Shown here one piece after another: positions 60,411-64,000 of a DNA stretch of 64,000 bases. Below the pieces are notes generated by a model, which worked only from the letters and a program-made list of their open reading frames with translations, searched no databases and was not told the DNA's origin. How positions within the stretch are numbered: the first letter of the stretch is position 1; each line of letters opens with the position of its first letter. Source of the stretch: Carcharhinus amblyrhynchos (lineage: Eukaryota). The stretch is from the NCBI GenBank assembly GCA_965287045.1, contig OZ336874.1, positions 85,312,001-85,376,000 of the forward strand, read 5' to 3'. The position numbers and the translations under genes were made by a program.

Positions 60411-60605
60411 GGCCCCAGAACAACTGTCTCTTTCCCAATCTCCTGCTCTTTTCCAAGTACCAGCCTAAAGTCGTCACCCCCTCGATGCCTTGGGATGTCT
60501 AATTTATGTATCCAGCCACAATCATACTGATGGGCTCCAAGGTCCAATTCCCTAATAACTCTATAATAACCTTCTAATCTGCATTCTGAGCATGTGATTT
60601 ATCGG

Positions 60606-60894
60606 ATCATAAAATCCTACAGTACAGAATTCAGCCCATGGAGTCTGCAGTGACAACAATCTCACCCAGGCCTATCCCTGTAATCCCGTGCATTTACCCT
60701 AGCTAGTCCTCTGACACTAAGGGGTAGAGTCAATCCACCTAACGTGCACATCTTTGGACTGTGGGAGGAAACTGGAGCACCCATAAGAAACCCACACAGA
60801 CACAGGGAGAACATGCAAAGCCCACACAGACAGTGACCTAAGTTGGGAATCGAATCTGGGTCCCTGGTGCTAACCACTGTGCCACCGTGTCACC
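60606..60894 (-). mobile_element. V-SINE, tail type A
   Basis: Head ACGGTGGCACAGTGGTTAGC, V-core CTCCAGTTTCCTCCCACAGTCCAAAGATGTG, tail CTGTACTGTAGGATTTTATGAT. Confidence 0.9.
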
Positions 60895-61019
60895 TTGCAA
60901 CCAAGATCAACTCTTTAACTGAACTGTTTAACTGCAGGTTTCTTTGTAGCATTTGAAGGACATGATTCAGATTTGAACTATTATTTCTCCCTCCAAAGTA
61001 TTGTGTCTTTTTAATCCAA

Positions 61020-61470
61020 AATCACTGAATCACAGAATTGTTATAGTACAGAAGGAGGCCATTTGTTCCATCATGTCTGTACACCAGCTCTCCAAATAAG
61101 CATCATGGCTTAGTGCCATTCCCCTGCCTTTTCCCCATACCCCTGCACATCGTTTCTATTCAAGTAATCATCTAATGTCCTCTGGAATGCCTCAGTTGAA
61201 TCTGCCTCCACACTTCCAGGTGATGCGTACTAGACCTGAACCACTTGTGTGAAAAAAAATTTTCACACATCACATTTGCTTCTTTTGCAAATTACTTTAA
61301 ATCTGTGCCCTCTCATTCTTGAATCTTTTTACTAGTGGGAATAGTTTCCCCTTACCTACTCTATTCAGCCGCCTCATGATCTTGATCAAGTTCTCTCTTA
61401 GCTTTCTTCCCTCCAAAGAAAACAGTTCCAACTTCTCCAAATCATTCTCATAACTGAAATTCTCCCAACT
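61020..61470 (-). mobile_element. CR1 3' fragment
   Basis: Tail GAATCACAGAAT...ACAGAAGGAGGCCATT and decayed ORF2 end (ELFSLEGRKLRENL). Confidence 0.8.
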
Positions 61471-61554
61471 TGAAAATTTTGGGCCTTAAATTTGGCTTGG
61501 GTCACAACTCTTGTGTTCAAATTAACTTGCAGCTAGTTTGTTCCGCAAATGCTG

Positions 61555-61880
61555 TTTTCTCATTCTTTCATGAGACTGGGTGAGGCCACAATTTATTACC
61601 CATCCTTAATTGCCCTTGATAAGGTGATGAACCTTCTTGAATCACTGCGGTCCATGTAATGTAGTTACCTCCATTGCTAAGGGGGGGGTGGGGGGTGGGG
61701 GGTGGGGGTGTAGTTCCAGGATTTTGACCCACCATCAGTGGTAGAAAAGTTATATAGTTCCAAGTTAGGATGGTATGTGGCTTGGAAGGGAACTTTCCAG
61801 GTGGTGGTGTTCCCATGCATCTGCTGCCCTTGTCCTTCCAAGTGGTAGTGGGCATGGGTTTGGGAAGTGTTGTACTTGGC
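61555..61880 (-). mobile_element. LINE 3' end sharing its tail with group B SINEs
   Basis: Homologous to 30125-30430; tail AAGGGCAATTAAGGATGGGTAATAAAT. Confidence 0.8.
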
Positions 61881-62210
61881 ATGAAGATAACTTCTTTTTA
61901 AGATAAATGCAAATTTTGTCCTCATTTAAATTTTTGTATGCCTACCAAACTGAAAGTTGAGAGCAAAAGTCGTGCCCACTCTACTCTCTGTATGCAAGAT
62001 TTGTACCATGTAGCAGCATAATTCCAAGAATCTCAAGCACTTGCACTTGAGTCGCTTTTGAAAGTTTTGAAGATCAGATAGCAGGACAAAATACTGGACA
62101 CTGACGTGCTCAACCAAGCAGGCATGTCATGTGTCCACATAATATTGAGACAGTCACAACTGAATTGGATTGGTCTGGTCAAGTAGCCAGAATTCCTGAC
62201 ACTCCCTTTA

Positions 62211-62992
62211 CATAGAAGTATAGAAACTAGAAGCAGGAATAGGCTATTCGGCATGTTGAGCCTGCTCTGGCATTCATTTTGATCATGACTGATCATCAAG
62301 TTCAGTATCTCAATTTCCCCTTCTCCTCCATATCCCTTTAGCCCCAAGAACTATGTCTAATTTCTTTTTGAAATCATACAACATTTTGGCCTCAACTACT
62401 TTCTGTGGTAGTGAATTCCACAGATTCACCACTCTCTGGTGAAGAAATTTCTCCTCACCTCAGTCCTAAAAGGTTATCCTTCCCTTATCCTCAAACTATG
62501 GGGCAGCACAGTGGTTAGAACTGCTGCCTCACAGCACCAGGGAACCAGGTTTGGTTCCTGGCTTGGGTCACTGTGTGGAGTCTGCACTTTTTCCACGTTA
62601 CTGCGTGAGTTTGCTCCAGGTGCTCTGATTTCCTCCCATAGTCTGAAAGACATGCTGGTTCGGTGTTTTGGCCATGCCAAATTCTCCCTCAGTGTATCTG
62701 AACAGGCGCCAGAGTGTGGTGATTAGGGGATTTTCATAGTAACCTCATTGCAGTGTTAACGTAAGCCTTCTTGTGACACTAGTAAATAAACTTAAAACTT
62801 ATGAACCACAGTAATGACTCCCCCACCAATCAGGAGCATGCTTTCTCAATCTGTCTAATCCTGTTAGAAATTTGTAAATTTCTCGGAGATTCCCCCTTTC
62901 ATCTTTCTAAACTCCCAAGAAATAATCCTAACTGACTTGGGTCTCTCCTCATATGACAGAGCAGCCATCCCAGGAATCAGCCTGGTAAACCA
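62211..62992 (-). mobile_element. CR1 3' fragment split by a V-SINE
   Basis: Same subfamily as the 44495 host (ATTTTGGCCTCAACTACTTTCTGTGGTAGTGAATTCCACA); resumes after 62800 up to CAGGAATCAGCCTGGTAAAC. Confidence 0.85.
62500..62800 (+). mobile_element. V-SINE, tail type B
   Basis: Head GGGCAGCACAGTGGTTAG, V-core, tail B; flanked by AAACTATG / AAACTTATG (possible TSD). Confidence 0.9.
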
Positions 62993-64000
62993 ATTTGGCC
63001 ACAGAAAGCTGGAGTTCAGGCTGCACTCTTAAATTAGTCAAAGGAGGTAATACAAGAAAACTCTGAAGTCTTCATTTTAGAGTTTTAATATCAACATCAA
63101 ATCCTGGGAGAAGCTCACCCAGGATCACTGGACCTGGCACAACCAAATGAAGAACAATACTGCCTCCCTCAAAAACATGCTGGAGGGATAGAAAGAGGAA
63201 GCAGAGAAAATTCCAAGCCAGTAACTCATCCAATATCTTTGGTATATCAATATCTTTGGTATCCTTTCCTATTTGCATCAGAACCTTCTGGATGTAGATT
63301 GCCTGAGCAGTCACCTTTATTTATCACCGGAACCCTACTAAACACCGAAACCAGATCAAACAGCACAGATAATAAACATGGCCATCTTCACCACAAATGA
63401 TTAACAAGGAGTTTTTATGGCTTTATTAATGTCAATCTAAGACTTCTAGAAGGACGCAATAATAAAGTTTCAAAATATTCTGTGAAATTTTCACTTAATC
63501 AGTGGATCTCATCATGCACAGTTTGTGTGTATTTATTAATACTGTTTTGGGAAGGGAGTTGAGAATAGTAGGTGATTGTCCTTCAGAACAAAGTTTCCAG
63601 CAAATTAAATGAGGACCAAATTACCTTGGCATTTAAGTAGACACCCATTCTAACTCCTGTGAGAATTGTGTGGAAACCCGAAAACAGACTGGCACCTGGA
63701 TAATCTTGGCCTACGTTTTGATTCTGTGTTAGCTGTATAAGGGTGGAAATGCTGCTTATCATTCACAAAGGCTACTGGCAGGCAGGCACACATGAGGTGT
63801 ACTGAACAGTAGAAGGATATTCGTGGAGATTGGGCAGGGAGCTAGGAAAACGTCTAGGCCAGAGAAGTTACTATGTTCCCCAGAAATTTAGTCCTGGGGC
63901 TGGATTGAGGGATCAATCATTTTTGGGGGAGAATTTTGCTTGTCTTTAAATAGCTTTGTGTGATTTCTAAGTACATGATAAAAGGTAGATGGAACTTTGG

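Overview
Vertebrate genomic DNA, most likely elasmobranch (shark), judged from HE1-like V-SINEs and abundant CR1 LINEs. The left end holds the 5' part of a COUP-TF nuclear receptor gene on the minus strand, probably NR2F2 although NR2F1 is not excluded. Coding exon 1 is 3065-2618, exon 2 is 1912-1385, and exon 3 lies beyond position 1. The core promoter has a CArG/TATA box, an Inr at about 3818 and a DR1 element. Positions 1 to about 18.2 kb contain no transposon I can recognise and are visibly CpG-rich to about 14 kb. The rest is upstream gene desert with no host protein-coding gene. It is packed with nested elements: CR1 and L2-like LINEs, two SINE groups, a decayed full-length Ty3/Gypsy element, Harbinger-like relics and MITEs, and Penelope-derived elements with hammerhead-ribozyme remnants. 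A repeat-poor block at about 47-54 kb contains a five-half-site DR1 array. All calls were made by eye with no database searches, so repeat boundaries are approximate. I found no convincing new protein-coding system; the best leads are regulatory and mobile-element structures.
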